Below are positions 1-11,670 of a stretch of 64,000 bases of DNA, one piece after another (within the stretch, counting starts at the first letter, position 1; each line of letters begins with the position of its first letter). The stretch is taken from contig NC_092676.1 in assembly GCF_964355755.1 (NCBI RefSeq), positions 19,052,871 through 19,116,870 on the forward strand, given 5' to 3'. The position numbers were made by a program, and so were the translations under genes. The notes under the pieces were generated by a model. That model worked only from the letters and a program-made list of their open reading frames with translations, ran no database searches and was not told where the DNA came from. Source of the stretch: Antedon mediterranea (lineage: Eukaryota; Animalia; Echinodermata).

Positions 1-317
1 AGGTGGCTTGTCTTGTTATATTAAATTTACAGATTAATATGACATTGGGTTGTTTTAAAAAAGAAGAAATAAATTGTGATATGTCTGCTAATGTACCTAT
101 TGAACATTTGAATGGTTATAATGTCATTTAAATTTAATTCAATTAGGCTGCTTTAATGTAGTTTAATCTGTATCATTGTGTAGGTGTTTCATACGTTCTT
201 TTGCGTGTAGTATAGTTTTATTATACTCGACAAAACGCCAGTATTTTACTTATTGTTGGTTTTGATTTTTTAAGTTATACTTTTTTTTTATCTCATGTTG
301 GCAAAAGACTGTGCATA

Positions 318-2740
318 TAGTCCATGGGATTTAGCTAAAAAATGACCCTTTTCTCACACAAATTGCAAGAAAAGGTTTTTTTGATGAAATGTGTTCTTTA
401 GACCCTACTGAACATATCTATCAACGTTAGGACATTTTTCGACAACGGGAAGTAGCCTAATTTGCATAATTAAAAATGGCCGCCATTTTTGATAACGTAC
501 TCTGTATCTTGAAAACCGCTAGTCACAGATACTTAATTATGGTGTCAAAATCGTTAGAATATATGTTTTTATATTTACTTTATTGAAAAAGTTTGTCCAA
601 AAATGAATGGAAGTGCTATTTCTAACATTATTGACCTTTGACCTTGAATTCTCATATCTCAGCAACCACTAATCGGAGATATACAAATTAGGGCTTAAAT
701 TGTTCAGAAACTACACATTTATATCCAGTCTAATGGCATGTTTTTGCAAAAAATGGCGGATTCTAACATTATTGACCTTTGACCTTGATTTATCATATCT
801 TAGCAACCACTAATCTGAGAGACACACAATATGGCTCAAACTGTTCAAAAACTACATATTTATATTTAGTCTAATGGCATGTTTTTGCAAAAAATGGCCG
901 ATTCTAACATTATTGACCTTTGAACTTTGCACTACATAAAATCGCATAACTTTGAAAATATTGTACATATGAAATTATTTTTAGTGTCAAATTATTCAGA
1001 ACATACATGTTTCTATAGAGTCCAATGACACATTATGTCCAATAATGGCCTATTGTATGGTTATTAACATTTGAACTATATTTGAAAAGCCTTTAAACCC
1101 GGAATCTTCTTCATGTGGACATCCATTAGAACATGTGATTTGGCACTCTAAAATGTAAGAGTTGCAATGTTGACTTATTATGTTTAGTTTAAAGTAGGCC
1201 ATGGTACACTAAATTTATAAGCATAAACTATTGCATTCATCCATAAACTGCCTACAAGTTTACACGTTTGTTTATTTTATTTCTTATCGTTTTCGCAGCT
1301 GAAGCTGAATTACAATATATTTATATTAAAAGCATTAAAATTGATGGTTAAAAAATGGTAAAAATTAAACCACATAGAAACATGGTACATACACAATACA
1401 TTCACGTAAAAAAAGTACAAAAACAAGTAATAAAAGGTTAAAAACTATACACGACTAGTAGTCGTACTGTATATGGTTATTGAAATAAATAAATAAATTC
1501 CATAAGAAACTGAGGTTTTTACTGTATACGGCGAAAATATTGCAAGTGGTGGTCAGCCTAATTATGAGTCTCGATAGCCAATTAATTAAACTAAACTAAA
1601 TATGTTGCATTAATATCGATCTTTTAAAATTCCAGTTGTCAACAATGCGTCTATTAGTAGAAAATGCCTTCTTAATAAGACTATGTTTCAACCTAAAAGA
1701 ATGCCCTCAAGAGTGATGCTATCCTTAGCAAAATATAAACTAAATAATCTTTAGAAATTTGTTTTTTTAATATGCCATTTAATGGCAATTTAATTTGATC
1801 AAAATATAAATTACTAACTTGAAAAAAACGTTAATAAACCTGCAAAATGGCATGGCCTATTTAAAGTATGTACAATGTAACAATATATCATAAAAAAATC
1901 ATTGGACTCTATAGAAACATGTATGTTCTGAATAATTTGAAACTAAAAATAATTTCATATATACAATATTTTCAAAGTTATGCGATTTTATGTAGTGCAA
2001 AGTTCAAAGGTCAATAATGTTAGAATCGGCAATTTTTTGCAAAAACATGCCATTAGACTAAATATAAATGTGTAGTTTCTAAACAGTTTGAGCCATATTG
2101 TGTGTCTCTCAGATTAGTGGTTGCTAAGATATGATAAATCAAGGTCAAAGGTCAATAATGTTAGAATCCGCCATTTTTTGCAAAAACATGCCATTAGACT
2201 GGATATAAATGTGTAGTTTCTGAACAATTTAAGCCCTAATTTGTATATCTCCGATTAGTGGTTGCTAAGATATGATAAATCAAGGTCAAAGGTCAATAAT
2301 GTTAGAATCCGCCATTTTTTGCAAAAACATGCCATTAGACTGGATATAAATGTGTAGTTTCTGAACAATTTAAGCCCTAATTTGTATATCTCCGATTAGT
2401 GGTTGCTGAGATATGATAAATCAAGGTCAAAGGTCAATAATGTTAGAAATAGCACTTCCATTCATTTTTGGACAAACTTTGTCATTAAAGTGAATATAAA
2501 AACATATGTTCTAATGATTTTGACACCATAATTAAGTATCTGTGACTAGCGGTTTCCAAGATACAGAGTACGTTATTAAAAATGGCGGCCATTTTTAATT
2601 ATGCAAATTAGGCTACTTCCTGTTGTCGAAAAATGTCCTAACGTTGATAAATGTGTTCAGTGGGGTCTAAAGAACACATTTCATCAAAAAAACCTTTTCT
2701 TGCAATTTGTGTGAGTTAAAAGTCTAAATCCCATGGACTA
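318..2740. mobile_element. Non-autonomous foldback DNA transposon with very long terminal inverted repeats
   Basis: Termini TAGTCCATGGGATTTAG (318) and CTAAATCCCATGGACTA (2740), each flanked by ATA (possible 3-bp TSD). Arms ~318-1035 and ~1900-2740 are near-perfect reverse complements. They contain ~141-bp subrepeats (3 left, 4 right). No ORF in the spacer. Confidence 0.9.
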
Positions 2741-3185
2741 ATATTGAAAAGAAAATTAAAATTTTGAGGGCAGTAAAAAAGCTTATCAAAATTGTTGAAT
2801 TATCTGTACTTTCAATATGGATTGAAATATTATATTTAAATATTATATTTTTTTATTTCAACTTTGAAGGCTATTTATTTAATGTAGTGTTCACCATTTC
2901 ATTGTTACTTGGCAAAACAACATTTTGCCAAGTTTGGTACTGATTTGTTTGTTTGTTAGTATGATAGATAGATACAATTTTTAAGTTATCATTATGAATT
3001 TTTTGGTGTAAATAGGTGTAGAGTTACAGAACAATCATGCCTATTGAAATTCAAGAAAATCGGTTCATCAGATATAATAACTTCACAAAATAAAAAAAAT
3101 GTGTATTCTTTTAAGATTGGCCGAAATATAAAAAATCGCTCAATTTCATGTAGTTTTCACCAGTCCATTGTTTTTGTTTATTTAG

Positions 3186-6100
3186 GATGATGGGCTAATG
3201 ATTCAATGTGAATCATGTAAGTATTGGCAGCATGCTGTTTGCTTTGCTGTCATCAGTGAAGATCAGGCCCCTGAAAAGCACCTCTGCAATCTCTGTGTTG
3301 ATGTATGTTATTTTTCTTTATAATTAAAAACAAAGTATTTATTTTTTGTACTCAAATACCAGCTCTAATTATTTTCATAAAGATTTAATTTTGTGGTATA
3401 CCAACAAAGGGTAATCTGATCAAATCAAAAGAAAAAAAATGCTTTTTAATAAAAATGAAGTTAGAATGTATTGGAAAATTATTGAATACTGAACAGTATA
3501 CACAATTTACAGATTATTTTAATGAAATCTTGCATACATTTAGTGTTATAATATTTAAAGACTTTCACAAAATAATTTAAATTCAGTAGTACCTTGGGGA
3601 CCCAGCCCATTAATAGGGGTTAGTCCTTGTGCATATATTTCCCCCACAAACATTTTATGGGAAGGTGTCCCCTTAACGGCAATGTCTCCTGGAACAGGAT
3701 ATCCGAAAATAGGGCTTCTTCTGTATCGAAAGAACAAAGTACACTATTCCCAAAGATTAGAGGATCGTCTCCCTGTGTGTTGATCTCATGGTAGGTGGGT
3801 CCATGGAGGGCCTAATTCGAATTTCCTTACTTTCCAGGTGAAGCTTGAGGACAAATATTAATACCTTTAACTAATCTATTTTAAATGTTGCATAATAAGT
3901 TGTTGTACCTATTTAGACTAATGATCCAGAGAGCATGAAGCTCTGTGACTCATTCCTGATTGGTCTAAGTCCTGTATTGATCCAGTCAACATGCTTGTGG
4001 CGGAGGACACTGCTTTCGGTTTCGGAGATAAGCCGTATACACGCCCCTAATCTAGCAAAGAAACTGTGCGTTGAAATCACAGTTGCTCAAGGCTTGATAA
4101 ACCGCCTTGAAAAAGAAGGATACTGCAAAACTACCGAGAAGGGTAAAAGGTTTGTAACAATCATATATCACTTAAAAAAAATTGTACTTTTCTCCAAATG
4201 TTGTTATTACTTTTCTAGAACTATTTATTTATTTATTTTTATTTATTTAGGTTTAAAAACACATACAAAACAGCAGCCATTGGCTGATAACGTTTGTTTA
4301 CAATCAATATACATATATAATTAAAAGTAAAAGAGGCACAATTACAAACAGCATAGAAAAATAACTATATATTATAAAACACAAAATACAATATTATTCG
4401 TTCATAAAATTGAGCACGTCATTATTATTATTATTATTTAAGATTATTATTAATATATACATTATTAAAATTATTATAATAAAAGGTCGAAACGGCATCT
4501 AGAAAGTGAGAAATAATCATGGAAATCAAACCTATATCAGTTAGCATTAATGAACTTAACAATCGTAGGTATGGCAGACCTTTGGTATCGTTCAGTTCCT
4601 ATATGTTCCTGTACATTAATTAATGTTATATAACACCTAAATAAATGCCTGTCATTAGATTGGACAATTGTTGGTCATATGGCGTGCAGTAGTACATATT
4701 ATATAACACCTATATAAATTCCTGTCATTTGATTGGACGAATGTGGGTCACATGGCGTGCAATAGTACGCACTATTCAACGATCGTTAAATAGTACTTTT
4801 TGAAACATTTTTGTTTGTTATTTAGATGTTATATAAAACAAATAATGAATGTTTTGTATTCGTGTAATGGTACAAATAATGGCACTTGGTGAATGATGAA
4901 AGGTTATATCAACTCGGCTTTGCCTCGTTGATATAACCTTTCATCATTCACCTCGTGCCATTATTTGTACCATTGCACTCATAAACATTCATTATTTGTA
5001 TACTATTTAACAATGTGTAATTTTACTTTTTTCATAAAATTATCTTACCATTGCACTCATAATCATTCATTATTTTTGTATGATAATTGGGGTAAATTGC
5101 AAGCTCAGTGATGCCCTAGGCTGATAAATAAAACAACAACCTGTAGAGTGCGCCACTACAAATGCTCTATTCCACTGTCTAAATCTGAGTGCCATATTTT
5201 TACATGGTCTAGCCTATGCATTTGATTCAAGATGGAAGTGGTGGATAAATTGAATAAAAGTTTACTTTCAATGTTTTTTTGATAAAATTCATAATAGAAT
5301 TTGCTGTAATCTCGTTGTTGATATATCTATGGTTTATTTTCCTACAGGCTTGGAAAAGTAATAAACAAACAAAAAGTGAAAGAAGAAGGATTCAAGAAGT
5401 ACTTTTCTAGAGGGCAATCAGTAAACCATGATGTACCAGAAGAGACTACATCACTTACTAACCAACAAGACAATAGCCAGGTACGCATAGTATTAATATT
5501 TAAAAATAAATTATTTTATTATTTTATGAGGTGCCCTATACCACAAAAAGTCTCATAGTGCTGAAAGGTAAAGGTATTTATATTTGTCCTCAAGCTTAAC
5601 TGGAAACTGAGGAAATTCGGATTAGGCCCTCCACGTACCCACGGCAGACAGCAGTGCAGGGCCTACCAGATCAGCACACCGGGAGACAATCCCCTACTCT
5701 TTTCGAATAGTGTACCAAGTTCTTTAACGTGCACTGTTAAGTACACGGGACCAACGGCTTTACATCCGATCCGAAGGATGATCGGGCAATGAGAGTAAAG
5801 CATCTTGCCTAAGGATGCAATTAGTATGGTACAGATAACCTCGAATCCATGCCTATCACATGCTAGTCCGATATTACCATTACACCATCACTCTCCAGCA
5901 CCCGCCGCAATTTCTAAACGGTCTCCCATCCAGAACGCAACCGGGCCCAACGTTGCTTAACTTCGGTGATCTGACGAGAACCGGTTTTTTCAATGCAGTA
6001 TGGCCGTATCCACACTATCAAACGTTACGTGACAAAAAAAAGTGTGATGTGCCCATATGGACATGATGATGTCATATCACTACCATATTTGGTGTCAAAA

Positions 6101-8060
6101 TAGTTTGATAGTGTAGTCTCAATGTTGATGGATGATGCTTGTTTTAAGTAATTATGTAACCTTTTAGGTCAAGGTAATTGGTTATACTAATAAGCAATAA
6201 CATTACTATTACATTACTAGGTTGAACAGTTGACACAAAAAACAGAAGAAATTGCGATTACAGAAAAAAGCCAAACTGAGAAATTGTCACAAACCCGCAG
6301 CCAAAGGTCAAAGAATAAAAAGGTAAAGATACATTATTTTTGAAATTAATAGTTAAAACTTTAAATAGTAAATAGTTTAAATTGTTCAGCAATACAATAA
6401 ATTCATTCAACATTATTTTTTTATTCACTTTTTATTCAAATCTTTTGATAGTCAGCAGCATTTTTCACGCAACTACCAGTCTAATTGTTGTTGATAGCCG
6501 AGTGGTTAGGACACTTGACTGTCATACAGATAGACCCGGGTTCAATTCCCGACAACTCCCAGTCCACTCAGCTGTAAATGAGTACCTGGTTGAAAATACT
6601 AGGGAGATAAAAGGCGGCGTGGAAAGGAACTGGCCACCCTACCACACAATGTCGAGGCTTAGTACAATGAGCTCCTAACAGCTCATTCCCCTACGTTCAG
6701 AGAACACGGGACTCACCTTTACCTTACCAGTCTAATGGTATACAGTAGAACTCTCCATTCAAGGGACACAAGCCCTGTTAAAGGAGAAATGAACAAGGGG
6801 AAATATATGTTGTAGCACTGATCCAGAGTTAACCTCCTTAGAGAGGGACACTTTGTTGAGTCCCAAAGGTGTCCCTTTATAGGGGTTCTACTGTGCATAA
6901 AAATCAGATACTGAAATGTATTATTGATAGAACCTCCTCTTTTTTTTAGGCACCTTGTAGCCCAACAATGTCCAGTGGCAGAAGAAAGCGTGCTTACAAA
7001 GTTGCAGTGTCTGTAGATAATGTAAGTAAATAAAATAAGTATGTATTAATACCAGAAAATAGACGGTAAGTATTCATATTGATAGTGATGCCACAAAACA
7101 AAGTGACACACTAAACCATGTAGTGATTTGATGTATTCTATAATAAAAATGCGATTAGAGGTAGGAGGTTCATAAAACACGTAATTTTAGCATCAAGATA
7201 TTTTCGTTTTGATTTTTAATTTATACGTCTGTACAGCTAAATAAAATTAAATGGTGTAGCATAAAATACAATACAGGTAGTATAATAAGGCTAAACATTA
7301 AGTTGACAAATCCATGTCGTAATTAGCGCAGCATCTGTATTCATGTTAGTTCCACTACATAGCATCAACAACGATTGTCATTTATCATGGTCAGCGTTTC
7401 TTGCAGTATCACTTTGTTGGCATTGACTGTGCATATGCTGTTTTTGGAGATTCGTTATTCGGCGTTAATAACGGATCAATGCTATCAACTTCAAAACTGT
7501 AATAGTGTTTATTCTAGCTATTGTTGTCATGTGCAGATTGTTTTTTGTAGAGACACTATATAAATGATTTTTGTAAGGTCACACATCGATGTTAATAACA
7601 ATAATAAATAACAAAAATAAATGATTTCTTACATTTTTTTTCCGAAACTGTGCTTGAACACAATGCCAGTGGTGTCTTAACAGATACATAACATATCATT
7701 AATCTAGCTTTTTCTGCGGTACGGTTTTAGAGCAGATGTCCAATTTTGTGGAGATGCTAATAAATTAGTTTTTCTATTTTTTGTCACCGTCAATAACTAT
7801 ACTATCAACATTTTCAATCATACCTATATTCTTGTTGTGCAGTTTCTGAGCATATTTGTGGAGATACTAACATAAATAATTTTTTGTAGCTTTTGTCCAA
7901 CGTCGTTGTCGAAGTTTCACGACTATAAAGTGTGTGATAATTTTATTTTTTTTAGAAACAAAACAAATTTGAAATATCTGATAGTCAGGATGTAGAACCA
8001 ATGAATTCTGGTAGGAAACGAAGAAAGGCAAGTATTGCCAGAAAATCTGTTGCATTTTGA
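3186..8060 (+). CDS. HORMAD1: Meiotic HORMA-domain protein (HORMAD/Hop1-like), 3' portion: PHD finger + winged-helix region + C-terminal closure-motif-like tail; 5'-partial
   Basis: Phase-consistent GT-AG exons 3186-3302 (DDGLMIQCESCKYWQHAVCF...HLCNLC, PHD), 3917-4149 (CLWRRTL...LAKKLCVEITVAQGLINRLEKEGY, wHTH-like), 5348-5480, 6221-6322, 6950-7021 and 7956-8060 (ends GRKRRKASIARKSVAF*). The tail resembles the HORMAD1 KRRKFS and Hop1 RKISVS closure motifs. The HORMA domain is not seen, so the gene name is inferred from architecture. Confidence 0.8.
3729..3869 (+). mobile_element. 5'-truncated copy of the Deu-domain-like SINE (3' part)
   Basis: Matches the reverse complement of ~5570-5725 (GTACACTATT...GGAGGGCCTAAT.CGAATTTCCT...AAGCTTGAGGACAAATAT..ATACCTTTA). 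Confidence 0.75.
4699..5005 (+). mobile_element. ~310-bp non-autonomous element with a long 3' hairpin (Crypton-like or Helentron-like layout), copy 1
   Basis: Near-identical to 40200-40516. 5' TATATAACACCT is inverted to internal AGATGTTATATA. A ~160-bp palindrome spans ~4837-4999. Partial extra copies of its ends lie at ~4628-4698 and ~5046-5080. Confidence 0.8.
5564..5895 (-). mobile_element. tRNA-headed SINE with Deu/Nin-like central domain and (TACCTT)n tail
   Basis: On the minus strand: A-box-like TGGTGTAATGG, B-box-like GGATTCGAGG, then CCTTCGGATCGGATGTAAAGCCGTTGGTCCCGTGT...GCACGTTAAAGAAC...GAAAAGAGTAGGGG (recalled Deu-domain pattern), ending TACCTTTACCTTT. Confidence 0.7.
5896..6010 (-). 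pseudogene. Degenerate 5S rRNA copy abutting the SINE head
   Basis: Reverse complement reads TACGGCCATAC...CCGGTTCTCGTCAGATCACCGAAGTTAAGCAACGTTGGGCCCGGTT...GGATGGGAGACCG...GGGTGCTG, a recognisable invertebrate 5S rRNA with mismatches. Confidence 0.85.
6485..6730 (+). mobile_element. tRNA-derived SINE with CORE-like segment
   Basis: A box TAGCCGAGTGG, B box GGTTCAATTCC, central CAGTCCACTCAGCTGTAAATGAGTACC, tail CACCTTTACCTTACC. Confidence 0.75.
6741..6894. mobile_element. Tc1/mariner (Tigger/pogo-like) MITE family, representative copy
   Basis: TA|CAGTAGAAC...GTTCTACTG termini with GGGACAC/GTGTCCC subterminal motifs. Related degenerate copies at ~10519-10880, ~22865-23285, ~31490-31557 and ~53741-53803. 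Confidence 0.65.
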
Positions 8061-8599
8061 TACTTCTATTTCAAGTTACAGTATTAACTTATTGACTGTA
8101 TAATTAATAATGTTCACTTGTCTTTAATGACAGTATATATGATGTTATTGTTAATATTTAATAATTTAAAATATATTGTTAATATTTAAAAAAATAAATA
8201 TTTATAAGATTGGTTTTTTAAAGCACTTAAATTAAAGAATATATAATATAATATTTAATAATATATAAACAATATTTTGGTTGGGATTTGTCCTAAGTAC
8301 TATATTGCATTTCCCCTAATTTTTTGTTTTTCATAATTTTTTATTTTGTTTTATATATTTTGATATAATACTGTAGTATTATGTAAAACTATTTTAATTG
8401 TTTTACTATCTATTGGACACAGTAGTATTATAGTGAGGCTGTTTCTCCAAACATATAACATATCCTCTGCATAGTAAATATACAAATTAATTGGTATATA
8501 TTCTTCTACAAATACACAAAAAAAACTATACTTCTGTGCAGTTATTAATTTAAAAATGTACCAAAAAACCACCAATGTGTAATACGAATAAGTATGACA

Positions 8600-8775
8600 A
8601 AAAACATCCCAGTTTACCTCCTCTATGCAGTGTGAAGGCTAAGCCAAATAAGTATGACTTTAAAAATATACCCAAAACACCCATACACTATGCCTCCTCT
8701 ATGCAGTGTGAAGGCTAATCCAAATCGACTTTAAAAATATACCAAAAATACCCCTGCACTACCTCCTTCTGTGTC
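8600..8775. repeat. Degenerate ~75-bp tandem repeat downstream of the HORMAD stop
   Basis: CCTCCTCTATGCAGTGTGAAGGCTAA recurs at ~8617 and ~8693, with a partial third copy at ~8762. Confidence 0.65.
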
Positions 8776-10082
8776 AAGTAAATATACAATTCAAGATGCA
8801 AATAATTTAATCTTTGAAGTTTAGTTCACCATTAATTCATCTAGGATATTTACTGAATTTAGTAGGCCTACCAAATAATTCAATGATACTGAAATTAATT
8901 CTAATTTTGGAATAGATAGAACTTTAAAAATAAAAAAGCAAAACATAAGAATACACAATGACGTGTAGCATTGTTTACAATCAGTTCTGAACAGCAGACA
9001 GATGTTGGAATACTGTCCCCATGTATATTAAAATCTAATGCTAGTTGTCACACTGGCGATCACCATTTCCTGTGTGCTATACACCTGTTTTACAAATTTA
9101 TATTATATTGTTGCTGGTGGCTATTTTTATTACAGCATGTTATCTAAAAAGTCTGTTTTACTTTGATGTTTTATTGGAAAATGTAATGATGTTATATTAA
9201 ATGTATTACATTGTTTACATAATAGTATATGGTATAATATAAGTTATACCATATTCACAATGGGAATTTAAAATATTGTATTATATCATTTTTTTTACAT
9301 TTTTTACATTAGTTTGATTGTTTTGTTTTTTGGGGTAAATAATTGTTATGTTTTTAAAGCTGTAAGGTAATAGTTAATAATAATTTGTATTCAACATGAC
9401 AATTTAAAAATATTGGCAGCACTAGTGGGTTTATTAAATATTTTTTTCATCTCTTTTTTTTTTTTATTGTTCATTTTATTTTGTACATATAGATAATGTT
9501 TATGATATATTTCCCTGGTTGTTCTCTATTATTTCTTATTATTCATTCCAATTTTAAGAAAAACAAAACAAATCTTACTTTCGAATTAGTTAGTTTTAAC
9601 ATGTGATTGTTAATTGAAAGTATTTCGTCAATTATTTTGAAAAGAAATTTGAATTAATTATGAGACCTTGATTTGTATAAATTATAAATTATAACATTTT
9701 TTTATGTATGAACCTGATAGCGTATTTCAGTATAAATGAACCGCTGTCTACTTTATCAAACTAGTGTGTAATGTGCCAAATATTACGATAGTGATATGAC
9801 TTCATCATGTCCAAATATAGGCACATCACATTTTTTGTCACATAAGGTTTGATAGTTTAGACACTGTTGTCTTGAAAAAAATAGACTTACTATTGGTGTT
9901 GGCCAACCTAAATTTCTTCAACCGTAGCAATTTTAAGGCCTATTCTAATTCACCCTAAAGCACCATTATAAAAGTGCCTAGTATACTATAGTTCCAATAT
10001 AAAAGAAACACATACCAAACTACATCTTAAAACATTTCAATTTAAATAATTCGCTTTTATTTTCAAGGTTAGCTTTTTATTA

Positions 10083-10215
10083 AGCTCTGTCTACACTATC
10101 AAACTCGTTTGACAAAAAAAGTGTGATGTGCCCAAGTATACCCAAATATGGTAGTAGTATGACATCATCATGTCCATATATGAGCACATTACATTTTGAT
10201 AGTGTAGTCAGTGCT
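10083..10215. mobile_element. PIF/Harbinger-type MITE family A (AGCTCTGTCTACACTATCAAACT TIRs), representative copy
   Basis: ~23-bp TIRs with TTA/TAA duplications at 10083-10215, 37279-37410, 50695-50832, 54633-54767 and 55025-55171. Further copies at ~6010-6118, 9741-9865, 15242-15406, 27465-27563, 27606-27704, 49334-49461, 51066-51194, 51997-52100 and 54390-54516. Confidence 0.85.
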
Positions 10216-11384
10216 TTAAAACTGGAAACATCAAAGTAATATATAATTATTTGTTTTGTCAAGAGAACACAGTTTAATTTACATTGATTAATTAACCAAT
10301 GATACATGGTGACATGTACGATATTTAACTCTAATTTGTATGTTTCCTAAACAGGGTCACAACAGGAAACATACAGATAGCTATCAATGCTGTGATAGTA
10401 GTAGTTTATACAAATGTAGTACTTTTTCTAAACCACTTCCTAAATCTTAGTAGGCCTTTGCACACAGATTTACAATTTAGTTTGTTTATATTCACAGAAA
10501 AATATTTGCTGTGTACATTACAGTAGAACTCCTATTAAGAGGACACCTTCGGGAGTCAACAAAGTGTTCCTTAATAGAAGTGTCCCCTGAATAGGGCTCG
10601 CCCGTTGTGTTAAAAAATATTTCCCCTAATTCTTTTTAAGGGAAAGTGTCTCCTTAATAGGGGCGTCCTCTGGGAAGCTGTTTTTTTTTGTTTAAATAGA
10701 GGTTTGCTATAGTGTTAAAACATATTTCCTCAAATTTTTTTAAGGGAAAGTGTCCCCTTAAAAGGGGTGTCCCCTGGAAAGCTGTTTTTTTGTTTAATAG
10801 AGATTTGCCTTAGTGTTAAAACATATTTCCACTAATTCTTTTCAAGAAAAAGTGTCGATTGTTAGTGGGGGTGACCCCTGAATAAATGTATCCCAAAGGA
10901 GGCAGGGGCTCTGGCCTAGCAAACATTTAGGTACAGTGAGTCTTCTATGCCCTTTAGTTTCAATTTAAAATACATACTTTAAAATAATGATTAAATAGGC
11001 CTATCTTGATAACAATATAAAAGTAAAAGTATTAATATTAATTGATTAAACAGTAGCGTCGTTATATAATACATTTATAACTTGATTATTTGATGACAAT
11101 ATGAATAAAATATTATTTATTATTTTGATTCATACTTCGGTATATAAAGTGGTTAAAGTTTAAAAAACTTGCCACCAAAAGGCCAAAACGTGCAATAATA
11201 GTATTTTGTATTCATTTTAACATCTTGTTATCTGATATCTTTTTAATTACTGTTTTCCTCAAAATTTCTATTTCATATCAATGGTATCAGATAAAAAAAA
11301 ATCATGAAACTCAGAATATTCAATGTCAAATTACAGAAGACATTTTTACTGTCAAATATTGTTTGGTTTTTTAAATAAAAAGTA

Positions 11385-11670
11385 AACTAAAAAAATATAT
11401 ATGAAAAAGTTGATTTGAAAAAAAAAATCCAGAATGTTTATTGTATAATGTAAAACCAAAATCATATACATTAAATAATATTCTCTTTTAAAATACAAAA
11501 CCCTTTAAAAATATAAACAATGAACTAAAAATTAAACTAAAAAAATATATATGAAAAATTTTATTTGAAAAAAAAATCCAGAATGGTTATTGTATAATGT
11601 TCCAAAATCATATACATTAAATAATATTTCCCATTAAGACACAAACCCCCTTTAAAGATATAAACAATGA
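11385..11670. repeat. Local tandem duplication (~150 bp x2)
   Basis: AAACTAAAAAAATATATATGAAAAA...TCCAGAATG.TTATTGTATAATG...ATATAAACAATGAA occurs at ~11385 and ~11535. Confidence 0.7.

Noticed and set aside
1-8. AG|GTGGCT as the donor of the preceding HORMAD exon
   Set aside because: Plausible, but only two exon bases would be in the window, so it cannot be verified.
6485-6560. tRNA genes (also ~42085-42158, ~49861-49930, ~56355-56395)
   Set aside because: A and B boxes are present but there is no complete cloverleaf, and they continue into repeat bodies. These are SINE heads.
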